From Stylophora pistillata (Eukaryota): a stretch of 64,000 nucleotides of DNA. The notes under the pieces are model-generated. The model ran no database searches and was not told the origin of the DNA. It saw only the letters and a program-made list of their open reading frames with translations. Shown here in pieces: positions 1 to 11,716 of the stretch (position 1 is the stretch's first letter; every line of letters starts with the position of its first letter). The stretch lies in the NCBI RefSeq assembly GCF_002571385.2, contig NW_019218136.1:102854-166853 (forward strand). The letters are read 5' to 3'. A program made the position numbers and the translations under genes.

Positions 1-45
1 TCATCCACACTTTTGTCGTGGGTGTGTCACGTGTAGGCACCCTTT

Positions 46-687
46 ATATACCTGTTTGATAAAACTTGAAAAACCTCTTCGCTGAGTCGAAATCTTGTAG
101 CTGGATGTCAGTTGAAATATTTGTACAGCTGCAAGCTAGCTCAATATTGTGTACAGTAACACGCCATATTATCCAACTGAGCATCGTATAGAGCAAATAG
201 TGCCCAAAACGAGTATTTGTACTCCAGAGAACCTGTTAGACAAGTTTTCTCGTATCGCGCAAGTGACGAATTGAATTGAAGTCACGAAAACTATGGCGGA
301 AAATTTAAATTATTATTCTGACGACGAAGAGTCGAAATGGCTGGCGAATATTGATCCAAGTCTATTAGATAAATCGAACCAAGAAAAGCAGTTGCAAGAC
401 AATGAAATTCCATCATTTATTGAAGAAAATACCGCTCCAATTCCGTTCCGCCTTGCATACATCTGTCCCGCACTCCGTAAATGAGCATCCGCGAAATTCA
501 CACGCACTGAAATAATAATTTGGCGTGTTGAAATAATGAATTTCTTATCAACCGTTTTGTTGTGTAGTATCGCTGAGAATTTTTATTGCTATTTGTATTT
601 TGACTCGCCCTAAGGTCTCGTCAAAATACGGCGCAACTCGTAGAAATACTCAGCAATGCTACAGATAAAAACGCATAATAAGGTATA
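46..687. mobile_element. Hairpin-bearing non-autonomous element with a short acidic ORF remnant
   Basis: Imperfect palindrome 544-681 with apex CTCGCCCTAAGGTCTCG; ends ATATACCT/AGGTATAT; ORF 293-484 lies inside. Confidence 0.5.
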
Positions 688-815
688 TGTATTGTTCGTT
701 TATTTGGACAGTTTAATAATTTTTACGGTAAGTAAAAAAAATGTTTGACAGGTTGGCTATACGCTTGCCTGAGTTTTTTCATAGAAGAAGAAAAGTATTG
801 TTTACATTTTTTTTT

Positions 816-3256
816 ATGTTTTATATCGATGATTTTAGAACTGCTAGAAATAAATCAGACCTAGAATTGTTTTGAAACCCTTGGTGTCAAGTTGATGTCT
901 CATGAACCGTTTTGATGCAATTGTAAGTGTTATGCGAGACCCTTCACAAAACCCTTATCTCTATAAGCTTCGCTTTTCTTGCCTTAAAAGAAATGCATAT
1001 GAAAAAAAGGTAATGGATCATGAAGAACCTGTTGTAGCTATAAATGTGTTGGTTGAAGTGTCGATGAGTATTTTTTGTTATGTTGACAAGCCTTGTACGC
1101 GATGCTACACGCCAAAAAATCTACGAGGACATGTAATGTGTATAAATATTTCAAATACTGTTCTCATTTCTAGTGACAAACTTGAACATTTTCATGATTG
1201 CAGATAGAGCAGATGTCAAAATTGGTGGCAGTGAACCAAAATTTGTTGAAATAAGCAAACATATCCAGCTGACTTGCCGGTATAATGCTTCCCCACCGGT
1301 GTTGGAAGTGCAATGGTTAAAAGATGGCAATGTGATAGCTCGAAATTATAGCGAGATCAGTAATGGACGAGTGTATATTACACAATTCACTGAAAGTCAA
1401 TCGCAGCTGTTAATTTCATCAAGTACCAAGGAGGATGAGGGAAATTATGGCTGCTTTGTGACAAACGCTGTTGGCAATTCCTCAGATACAACGTCAGTAG
1501 TTATTCAAGGTATATTTTTTTGAACGATGTGGTGTGCAATGATCGTCAAACGCAATTGTACATTTTAATATTCATTGAAATGTTGTTTAATTCTTCAGTT
1601 GGTCCCAACCCACCACAGAATATCACTGTTGGCTCAAAGGGTTCACGAGTTGTAAATATCTCTTGGAATTCTGGTTTTCATGGAAATAGTGACATTAAGA
1701 ACTATACAGTCGAAATCAGTGAAGATAGTCAGATCTTTAAAGATGTGGATTGTCAAGGATCACTCTCAAGCAGTGCCTGTGTGGTTTCCAGTCTCTCCAC
1801 GACTGCCTCTCTCACAGGTCTTCTTCCTTGGACAACATATAGTATACGAGTGTTTGCGACAAACAAAATTGGCAGANNNNNNNNNNNNNNNNNNNNNNNN
1901 NNNNNNNNNNNNNNNNNNNNNNNNNNNNNNNNNNNNNNNNNNNNNNNNNNNNNNNNNNNNNNNNNNNNNNNNNNNNNNNNNNNNNNNNNNNNNNNNNNNN
2001 NNNNNNNNNNNNNNNNNNNNNNNNNNNNNNNNNNNNNNNNNNNNNNNNNNNNNNNNNNNNNNNNNNNNNNNNNNNNNNNNNNNNNNNNNNNNNNNNNNNN
2101 NNNNNNNNNNNNNNNNNNNNNNNNNNNNNNNNNNNNNNNNNNNNNNNNNNNNNNNNNNNNNNNNNNNNNNNNNNNNNCTGAATCTAACAGGTCTAATGTT
2201 TTATATCGATGATTTTAGAACTGCTAGAAATAAATCAGACCTAGAATTGTTTTGAAACCCTTGGTGTCAAGTTGATGTCTCATGAACCGTTTTGATGCAA
2301 TTGTAAGTGTTATGCGAGACCCTTCACAAAACCCTTATCTCTATAAGCTTCGCTTTTCTTGCCTTAAAAGAAATGCATATGAAAAAAAGGTAATGGATCA
2401 TGAAGAACCTGTTGTAGCTATAAATGTGTTGGTTGAAGTGTCGATGAGTATTTTTTGTTATGTTGACAAGCCTTGTACGCGATGCTACACGCCAAAAAAT
2501 CTACGAGGACATGTAATGTGTATAAATATTTCAAATACTGTTCTCATTTCTAGTGACAAACTTGAACATTTTCATGATTGCAGATAGAGCAGATGTCAAA
2601 ATTGGTGGCAGTGAACCAAAATTTGTTGAAATAAGCAAACATATCCAGCTGACTTGCCGGTATAATGCTTCCCCACCGGTGTTGGAAGTGCAATGGTTAA
2701 AAGATGGCAATGTGATAGCTCGAAATTATAGCGAGATCAGTAATGGACGAGTGTATATTACACAATTCACTGAAAGTCAATCGCAGCTGTTAATTTCATC
2801 AAGTACCAAGGAGGATGAGGGAAATTATGGCTGCTTTGTGACAAACGCTGTTGGCAATTCCTCAGATACAACGTCAGTAATTATTCAAGGTATGCTTTTT
2901 TGAACGATGTGGTGTGCAATGATCGTCAAACGCAATTGTACATTTTAATATTCATTGAAATGTTGTTTAATTCTTCAGTTGGTCCCAACCCACCACAGAA
3001 TATCACTGTTGGCTCAAAGGGTTCACGAGTTGTAAATATCTCTTGGAATTATGGTTTTCATGGAAATAGTGACATTAAGAACTATACAGTCGAAATCAGT
3101 GAAGATAGTCAGATCTTTAAAGATGTGGATTGTCAAGGATCACTCTCTAGCAGTGCCTGTGTGGTTTCCAGTCTCTCCACGACTGCCTCTCTCACAGGTC
3201 TTCTTCCTTGGACAACATATAGTATACGAGTGTTTGCGACAAACAAAATTGGCAGA
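816..3256. repeat. Near-identical 1.06-kb duplication (816-1876 / 2196-3256) flanking an N gap; probably an allelic assembly overlap
   Basis: Offset of exactly 1380; only about 5 differences seen; first copy ends at the gap 1877-2177. Confidence 0.85.
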
Positions 3257-6200
3257 GGCAACAGCAGCCATAATCTGAATGTTACCACAGATGAAGAAGG
3301 TAACCTGTTCACTCTCTACACTGTTTTTACTATGTATGTGAAGAGCTATGGATAGAAGTTCTACAGGTACCACTAGAAAATGGCTAGGGATCAGGACGTA
3401 CACTGTATTATTGTAATAATTAAATTTGTAGAAGTTACTTCACAAGTTCTACTTCGTTTGATGTTTTCTCTTGTATTTGCTTCTGATTCTCTCCAGATGT
3501 TAACTGATTTAAAGACATTTTACATTATTTTATGTCCGTTTTGAAAGAACAAGACTTGCTGACGTTGTTTTGATCACAATTCTAGTGTATCAAGCTATCA
3601 AAAGGAGTTCCTTAAGAGTTAATTTAATACCTGTGCAATATTTTTTGTTCAATAATCATTGTTAAGTACTGGGATAAAGGACAAAATTGTTTGATTCTTT
3701 ATTGCAGTGCCAAGCGAGGCTCCAACTTTTGTTGTGACTGTTCTCAATTCAACGGCTGTGACTGTTTCCTGGCAGGTATTACAAGAAATTAAATGTAACC
3801 TAAAATGAATGTTTATATCCTTAGAATACTCATGATTCTTACTGATTTCCCCATTTGCGTTTTTCAATAAGAAGGGAAGAGTTTTAAACCTGATTTACTT
3901 GTCCACATAACTGTTTTGCTAAGCTGAATTCTTTACGTTCTGTTTGATTGTATAGTTTAGCTACAAGTAAACTACATTACTTTGTATATTCTGCGCCGCA
4001 GTATGACATGCGCGTCAAGCAATCAAACAACGGAAACTCTTTAAATGACAGCACGTTGACGAAAATACATTTGACAGGACGAAACTTGTAATTTTGAATT
4101 CTTCGTTTGCTCATGCCAATCATGCCATTACAGCGTATACTTTGCTTGGCTCTTAGAAATTGCATAAACTTACACAAAAATGCGAAGTGCCCTCAGGGAA
4201 TAAGGACAGTAATATACCTTTATGTAGCACGTAAAAAGGAGTTGTGGACATCAATGTCAGTGAGTTGGGGAGATGTTCCACCAACTCATCAGAATGGTGT
4301 CATCTTAACTTATACCATTAGCTTTCAATCATTGACACATAATGACAATAACAAGAAAATAGTGGGGTATTTAGCATTTCGAACAAAGCTAACAGGCTTA
4401 TAAAGTTCTTTAACTACAGTATCACAATACTTGGATCTACTATCGAGCTGGTGAGAGGTGGGCTAGGGAACTGGCACCAATAATGAGGTGCGAAGAAACT
4501 TGCTTTACTTTCGTATGTAATCATCACAAATACACGACTTCACATTAACAAATTATCACTTAGGAATAAACTCATATCCAAGTCCTGTTGTGCATTCGCT
4601 GCAACTCATTTTCTTTTATAATTACGTTTAAAACATTCTAAAGCCTATTTCGTGAACTCTCCTTTCAGAGCCTACTGCTGCTCCTTTAAACGTGAGAGGA
4701 CATAATACCAGCTCAACCATCATCATAGTCGAGTGGGATGATGTTCCAGCTTTTGATCGGAATGGTATCATCACAAGTTACAACATAACTTATCACTCAC
4801 TGACAGAGAATCATAGTAACAGTACAACAGTGAATTTTCCAGGACGTCGAGCGACTCTGTTGGGTCTGAAAGAGTTTGTTAACTACAGCATCACAGTGTA
4901 TGCATCCACGGTGATAGGAAACGGACCAGCTAGTGATCCTATTGTTGTCAGTTCTGATCAAGACAGTAAGTAATATTACTTTTTGTTATTTTGGTTTTAT
5001 CAACTAAGTTGAAATTGTAAATTGGCCATCGTAAAGAGTTTAAAAGCTGTTAGCCCTTCTTCAGAGCGAACGAGGGACTAACGCTCGAAACTTCAGCTTT
5101 TTAAACGCTTTACAATGGCCAATTTACAATTTCAATTCATTCAAAGTTTATTTCACAAAGTTTACTTAGTTAAAAAATTTCACTTAGTTAATAAAATCAA
5201 ATTGCCTTGTTACCCCACCAACGCAAGACCACGGTTTCTTTAGAAACTTACCTGTTTCAATATTACCCTTATTTTGACATTCGTCTTTGCATCTCAAAAA
5301 CTTAGCGTCTTTATGAATATATTTCAATCCAACGAATGACGCAAGGCACTTAATTTTTTTTGGAATCGACGCAAGGCACTTAATTTGTTTTCAATTTTTT
5401 TTCTAATCTTCAGAATTAATAATTTGCCTAAACCTCTCCATTTATTCTATGATTAATATCCTGTTTATTTCCAAATTTATTCATTATTATAATTTTCCTC
5501 AGCTGTTTGATTGTGCAATTTTTCCACTCAAACTCGTATTACCTTGTATTGAAATGAGAGGAACGTTATCTTAAGTGTCATCTACAAAAGAAAATTGGTT
5601 TTTACATATTTGCTTCAGAACCTTCTGCTCCTCCCGCGAACGTCGTTGGAGAAAGCAACAGCTCGACCAGCATCTCAATCACGTGGGATAAAGTTCCAGC
5701 TGCTGAACAGAATGGCATCGTCACGAGTTACAGTATTAACTATCGCCCACTAACAGAGAATCGCAGTAACATTACAACTGTGGATCATCTCGCCCGCAAA
5801 GTAACTTTGACAGGTTTAAGAGAGTTTGTTAACTACAGTATCACAGTGTTTGCATCCACGTTGGTAGGAATCGGACCACTCAGTAACCCTGTTATTGTCA
5901 GCACTGGCGAGGACAGTGAGTGATTTCCATTTTAATTTGATATTTTAACAAAGTAATTCAGGCGATTACCAGGGAATAAAGTGATATACTGTTTACTCAG
6001 CCACAGTAAGTGACACTTACATGTACCCTCTGTATTTTAGAACCTTCTGCTTCTCCTGTGAATGTGACAGGGCGTAACACCAGTTCAACCAGCATCTTAG
6101 TCGAGTGGGGTGAAGTGCCACCTGCTGATCGGAATGGTATCATCACTAGTTACGACATTACCTATCATTCACCGACAGAGAATCACAATGACAGTGTAAC

Positions 6201-9200
6201 AGTGGATTATTCAGCTCGTCAAGTGACTTTGACAGGTCTGAAAGAGTTTGTTAGCTACGGCATCAGAGTGTTTGCATCAACGAAGAAAGGAGACGGACCA
6301 TTCAGTGATCCTATTATTGTCAGAACTGACCAGGATAGTTAGTAATCTCTCAATTTGATAATTTTTGTATTTGATTGAATTTATAAATATGTATAATTAG
6401 GGTCCTTCGGTGCCACCCGTTTTTCAAAGGTTCGGAAAAATCCAATTTAACGTCCAATTCTCGAGAGCTGTTAAAACAGACTCAGAATTTCAGATCTACA
6501 AAACAAAACAACAATCTTAATTTCCTTTTCTTTCTCCAAGTTTACCAGCTTAAATTTATGCTTTTTTTAAAGTTTTACCTCTGAATTCATTTGAGCTCTG
6601 TTTCTATAACTTTCCTTTCAGAACCCACTGCTGCTCCTTTAAATGTGAAAGGACATAACACCAGCTCAACCAGCATCTTAGTAGAGTGGGATGATGTTCC
6701 AGCTTTTGATCGAAATGGCATCATCACGGGTTACCACATTACTTACCGCTCACAAACAGAAAATCACCATGGATTTGCTGACGCTGGTCCCACTGACCGT
6801 CAAAAGGAATTAACAGCTCTTAGAAAGTTTGTTAATTACAACATCACAATACGTGCGTCGACTTCGAAAGGCGATGGACCAGAAAGCAGTCCTACGGTTG
6901 TTAGAACAGACCAGGAAAGTAAGTACTGTTCTTGGACAGACTTTCTCTCTTCCACGTTTAAGCTTTTACACTGAAACATCACTATTTATATCTTTCTTAT
7001 TGCTCTCTTTATACATTTCCTAGGGTTGCTGACGAAGAGATTTTGTTTAACAATAAATAGCTTCTCTTGTTGGTGTTCATTTTCTTCATTATTCAATAAT
7101 GTGTGATTTGGGAGCGTTATTATTTAATGCGACAGCTAACTTGGAGAAATTATGCGTTTTTCGAAAATTCATGACCGCCATCTGAATTTGAAAAATCAAA
7201 ATCCTTTCATTTTCTCTTAAACTACCCATGTCTATTTCAAATGGTGATGCTGTTATGTTTTTACTTTATAAGCTCGAAGTTGGTCGCTTTTGGATTGTCT
7301 AATACCCAGCCAGTAGTTAATTTATGTAGACTTAATGTATGCAAATAGTGCTTATTCATTTTAGAGCCCTCTGCTCCTCCTACAAATATACGAGGACAAA
7401 ACACCAGCTCAACCAGCATCTTAGTACAGTGGGGAGAGGTTCCACCAGCTGATCAAAATGGCGTCATCTTAACTTACACCATTAGCTATCAATCACTGAC
7501 ACAGAATGACTATGGCAGGGAAACAGTGGATTATTCAAAAACACAATTTGAACTGACAGGCTTAAAGAAGTTTGTTAACTACAGCATCACTCTGTTTGCA
7601 TCTACCGTGAAAGGAAATGGAGATCATAGTGATCCTATTTTTGTTATTACTGACCAGGATAGTAAGTGGTATTTTTCTTTCTTTGATCTCGTAGTTCGGT
7701 CAAAGTTATATCCCCGTTAGCAATTGGCAACTGAGCCCTGATTTGTTAGTTATTCGCTTTGTTATGACAATGTTGCGCCATTCAAAATCAGCCAAAGCTC
7801 TATCTTAAGAGGGAAATACACGAAACTTCGTTAGGCACAGTAGTGATATGCTGCTTCTGTGAGCCTCTTTTGTTTACTTAACTCTGGCAAAAGGTCAATG
7901 TTTTAGTACTCTTGACCACTCCTTCCCAGTCCTTCGCTTTGAAGAGTTCCTCACAAATCTCTCACAACGTCGTATACGTAGATTTCTATAGTTTTCTAAA
8001 TCAGATTGTCCCCATAAACAGAATAGCTGTACACTGGTCTAAAAAATAACTCCTTTCTCACGTAATTATTATGAAGTGACTACTTAACAGTCAAGAATAA
8101 AATCATATACGAGTCACGCTCAGCTTTCGTTTCAATAATTTTGTTGCAGTTGGAATNTCTATCTTAAGAGGGAAATACTCGAAACTTCGTTAGGCTCAGT
8201 AGTGATATGCTGCTTCTGTGAGCCTCTTTTGTTTACTTAACTCTGGCAAAAGGTCAATGTTTTATTACTCTTCACCAGCTCCTTCCCATTCCTTCGCTTT
8301 GAAGAGTTCCTCACAAATCTCTCACAACGTCGTATACGTAGATTTCTATAGTTTTCTAAATCAGATTGTCCCCATAAACAGAATAGCTGTACACTGGTCT
8401 AAAAAATAACTCCTTTCTCACGTAATTATTATGAAGTGACTACTTAACAGTCAAGAATAAAATCATATACGAGTCACGCTCAGCTTTCGTTTCAATAATT
8501 TTGTTGCAGTTGGAATGACGTCTGACATATCTTAAAGCCTATCTCTTGAAATTTTTTAGTTAGAACCTACTGCTGCTCCTTATAAAGTTAAAGGACATAA
8601 CACCACCACTTTACCTTAATGAAAATTAATTATTGTTTACCACACAAGTGAATACTGCATTTTACAAGCCCTGATTGGCTTGTGAGTACCAATCATCTGC
8701 GAGCAGACAAACTCGCACGGCAAGATGTTGAATTTTCTATCATCTTTCGCTAAATTGACAGAAATAACTTAAAATGTTTGTTCTTATGCCGCGGATAGAG
8801 TTGAATATTTATCACCACTTAAGTAACGAGTTTTTAAGTATTTTCTATTCCATACTTCTTCATATTTGCATAGCGCCCGATGCACCTCCTCAGAATGTAT
8901 CAGGTTACAACACCAGCTCGACCAGTATTATAGTTATATGGGATGAGGTGCCAGAGGACAAACAGCACGGTGATATCATATACTATACTGTCATGTACAA
9001 AAATGTAACACAAGGCCAGTACAAGTCGGTGAAAGTCGTACCAATATCTGGAAATTTTCTTGAGTTAAAGGGACTTGATAAGTACACATTCTACGACATC
9101 AAGGTTTCAGCTGCTACCACTGTAGGAAGTGGACCTCAGAGTAATCTTATCAAAGTCCGTACAGACGAAGACGGTAAGTGAAAAAGGTTTTTGGTAAAGT

Positions 9201-9845
9201 CCTCAGCGGCCAGAACTCTAAAAAAAGAAAAGAGTTGAAGATACTTTGATTTATTGGACTATTTTAAGAGTTGCTTTACTGTGGTAAAATTACTATACAA
9301 ATTGTCATTTGGGGACGGGAAATACAGTATGAGTGCCTTTACTTGCGTTTCTGTATTAACCGTTTATGATACTGGAGAAATCGGGGCAAGTGCAGCAGCT
9401 ATATGCGAATATTTATCTCCTGCTCAGAGTTTCCTTTCCCTAATTAGCCATANCTTGGCCTGATAGCTTTTCCATTTGTACCTCATGATGAATGCATGTA
9501 AGACAAATGATAATAAGTGGTTGTCCTGTCTTGTTACAGTACCTACTGGGGCCCCAACTTTAGTCTCAGCACAGACACTGAACAGCACTAGCATACAAGT
9601 TGAATGGAAGGCGGTTCCTGAAGAATCCATACACGGCATTCCCATCAGATACACCATTTACCTCACTGGTTCCGATGGAAAGGTGGATTCCAAGGTTGTG
9701 AGGCCAGTTAAGGATCAGAATACATATCGAGAGGTTGTTTCTGGTCTTAAGGAATCTACTGAGTATTTATTCCAAGTTTCGCTTTCAACTGCCAAGGGTG
9801 AAGGTCCTCTAAGTGTGTCCAAATCTTCTGCAACTGAACGTGGAT
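1204..9845 (+). CDS. Gene A: partial Ig/FN3 cell-surface receptor (RPTP-like ectodomain), 5' and 3' ends not seen
   Basis: AG/GT-bounded exons: Ig 2584-2889 (duplicate 1204-1509), FN3 2979-3299 (duplicate 1599-gap), half-FN3 3708-3775, FN3 4669-4965, 5619-5915, 6041-6337, 6622-6918, 7365-7661 (each 297 nt), 8874-9173, 9540-9845. Motifs: Ig C..W..DEGNYGC; FN3 P.N...TSS.SI.V.W...NG.I..Y...L.....Y.I.V.A.T..G.GP. The Ig, first FN3 and half-FN3 exons are paralogous to gene B exons 36346-36654/37590-37901, 25210-25524 and 24754-24821. Confidence 0.85.
4250..4450 (+). pseudogene. Degenerate FN3 pseudo-exon in gene A
   Basis: SVSWGDVPPTHQNGVILTYTISFQSLT...LTGL*KFFNYSITILGST resembles the 7365-7661 exon but has TAA at 4401-4403 and no clear splice sites. 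Confidence 0.75.
5003..5255. repeat. Palindromic Penelope-like (pLTR) repeat with decayed hammerhead-ribozyme-like motif; related copy at ~25805-25968
   Basis: Arms TTGAAATTGTAAATTGGCCAT...AAAAGCTG / CAGCTTTT...ATGGCCAATTTACAATTTCAA surround CTGAAGAAGGGCTAAC (minus) and GACTAACGCTCGAAAC (plus). Confidence 0.5.
7799..8516. repeat. ~358-bp tandem duplication joined at a single N (8157); probably an assembly overlap
   Basis: 7799-8156 is nearly identical to 8158-8516. Confidence 0.85.
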
Positions 9846-10029
9846 GTAAGTGGTCCAAACAGTATTCTTTGATAATTTTTGGACTATTATCAGCAGCAAA
9901 AAAAAGTGGCTCGTCCCCTCAAAAATTGGACTGAATGGAATACTATCATATATTTCTGAACTGGTGTCACTTTTTTCACACGATTCTTAACCTATCGAGT
10001 TTGATATGTGAGGGTACTTTTTTAGTACA

Positions 10030-10512
10030 CTTATAAAAGTGCCCAAGATTTCGAAGGACACGCGACTTAAGACTCCTTTAAGTGAAATTTACAATTAGAC
10101 GAGTTTTAATTAGAAAGTATCTCAAAGGCGCTCCATATGACAACTTACGGTGCGTTTTGGGACAAATTCAAGTGCGTACTTCAAAGACACTTTTAAGTGC
10201 TCACTTCAAGACTCCTAAAAGACTCCTTGATTTTCATATTCAAGGTTTCTTGTAAGTGTAAATGAACCTACAATTAGTTTCGAGGCTGTTGCGGTTCCTA
10301 AAATAGCGTACTTAAAGACGCTTTCAAGTGCGCTCTTTTAGCCCTTAAAGAGTGTTCACCTCAATGCTCTTTGAGTTGCTCACTCAAAAACACTTAAAAG
10401 TGCGTATTTTAAGGCTACTTACAATGCACTCTTGCAGACATTTGAAAATTCTCGCTTTAAGACTCCTTTGCAGATGAGGTCACCTTAAAGTGCGAATCCA
10501 AGGACTCTTTAA
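10030..10512. repeat. Degenerate ~25-bp minisatellite-like array
   Basis: Recurring AAGTGCGTACTT(C)AAGAC(T/A)C(C)TTT-like units. Confidence 0.55.
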
Positions 10513-11716
10513 TTCTGGTTTTGATTAATCAAAATCAAGAAAGTTTGCCAGCTGATATTGTTGTTAAACATGCTTTACAGTGTTCTATTGTCTTCTGATT
10601 CTTAACGCAACACTGTACATCAGTCAGTTTTCACTGAGGGTTTGCCAGTACGTACATTCTCCAGTAATAGGGTGATATATTTAAGTGCTGCAAAAACTTT
10701 TTGTTCCCCGTTTGCGTTAATTTCTGTGGACGGATTACACTTCAGAAACCACATGCACACAACGATACCCTTTTCATTTACCTTAAAGGGTAGTAATGTG
10801 GTCATGACACTGAACGTGCTTTCAAATCGTAAAAAGAAACCTAGCTGTTTAGGAGTCGTCTTCAAATGTGCTGATCATTTGACAGTACCCGGCGATCCAG
10901 TTGGCTACAACAGAAGAGAAGGACATGTGGACTTGAAGAGAAGAGAGTAAACAACCTATCATGCACAATAACACGTCCCTTCGGGATATATGAAAAGCAT
11001 GTCGACAGCGAGGTAACTCACTGTCTCTCATCGTTACGTGGGTGAAGGCGCAGAAAACTGATCGAAGCCGTTGCTGAAAGGACGTTTTGACGTCGCTTTG
11101 TTTTTCTGTGATCTGCAGACCAAACTAGAACTATTACCGATGAAGCGAAGCTTAATGAAATGAGTATCGTGAGTATTCTATGGGTAGCTCAAATAAGAAA
11201 TTAATTTTAAAATACTTTTTTTTTCGGGCTGACTTTCTCACATTGTCAGCATGGTAAGTAAAAGCAGGTTCTTATTCCCATATCTTGGAAGCTTTCTATT
11301 TATTAACCTCGGCACGTTTTGCCTCGAAAGTTTTAATTTTGACGGTCNTGGCTTAAAGGATGATTTATCTACATGCCTGCGCGCATATTGGTGACATCAC
11401 AACGTGCGCAGTTTGATTCTTGTGACGGGGTGAAACCTCTTTAGGAATGAAAAGATCTTTCCAGGGCCTCAAGTCTCCATTATAGCTACAGGGTTTGAAT
11501 TTTTTGCAAAAGTGGCTTGAGGGAGACTCGGGAGACAAAGTTACGACTAGAAACAATGCACCTGACCATGGGAATACCTTCAATAAAATGAACAAAGGCT
11601 AAATGGGCATTTTGCAGTCAGGACCAAAGCTTGAGTCCTATGAATGAAGGTGCCGAATAATTATTTTTTTAGGCCAGACTATAACATACACTTACATATT
11701 TATTCTACATACACAC

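Noticed and set aside
816-3256. Real tandem exon duplication in gene A
   Set aside because: Near identity and termination exactly at an N gap favour an uncollapsed allelic overlap; the same applies to 7799-8516.
10030-10512. CRISPR-like array
   Set aside because: Eukaryotic context, degenerate contiguous units without unique spacers, and no cas genes.
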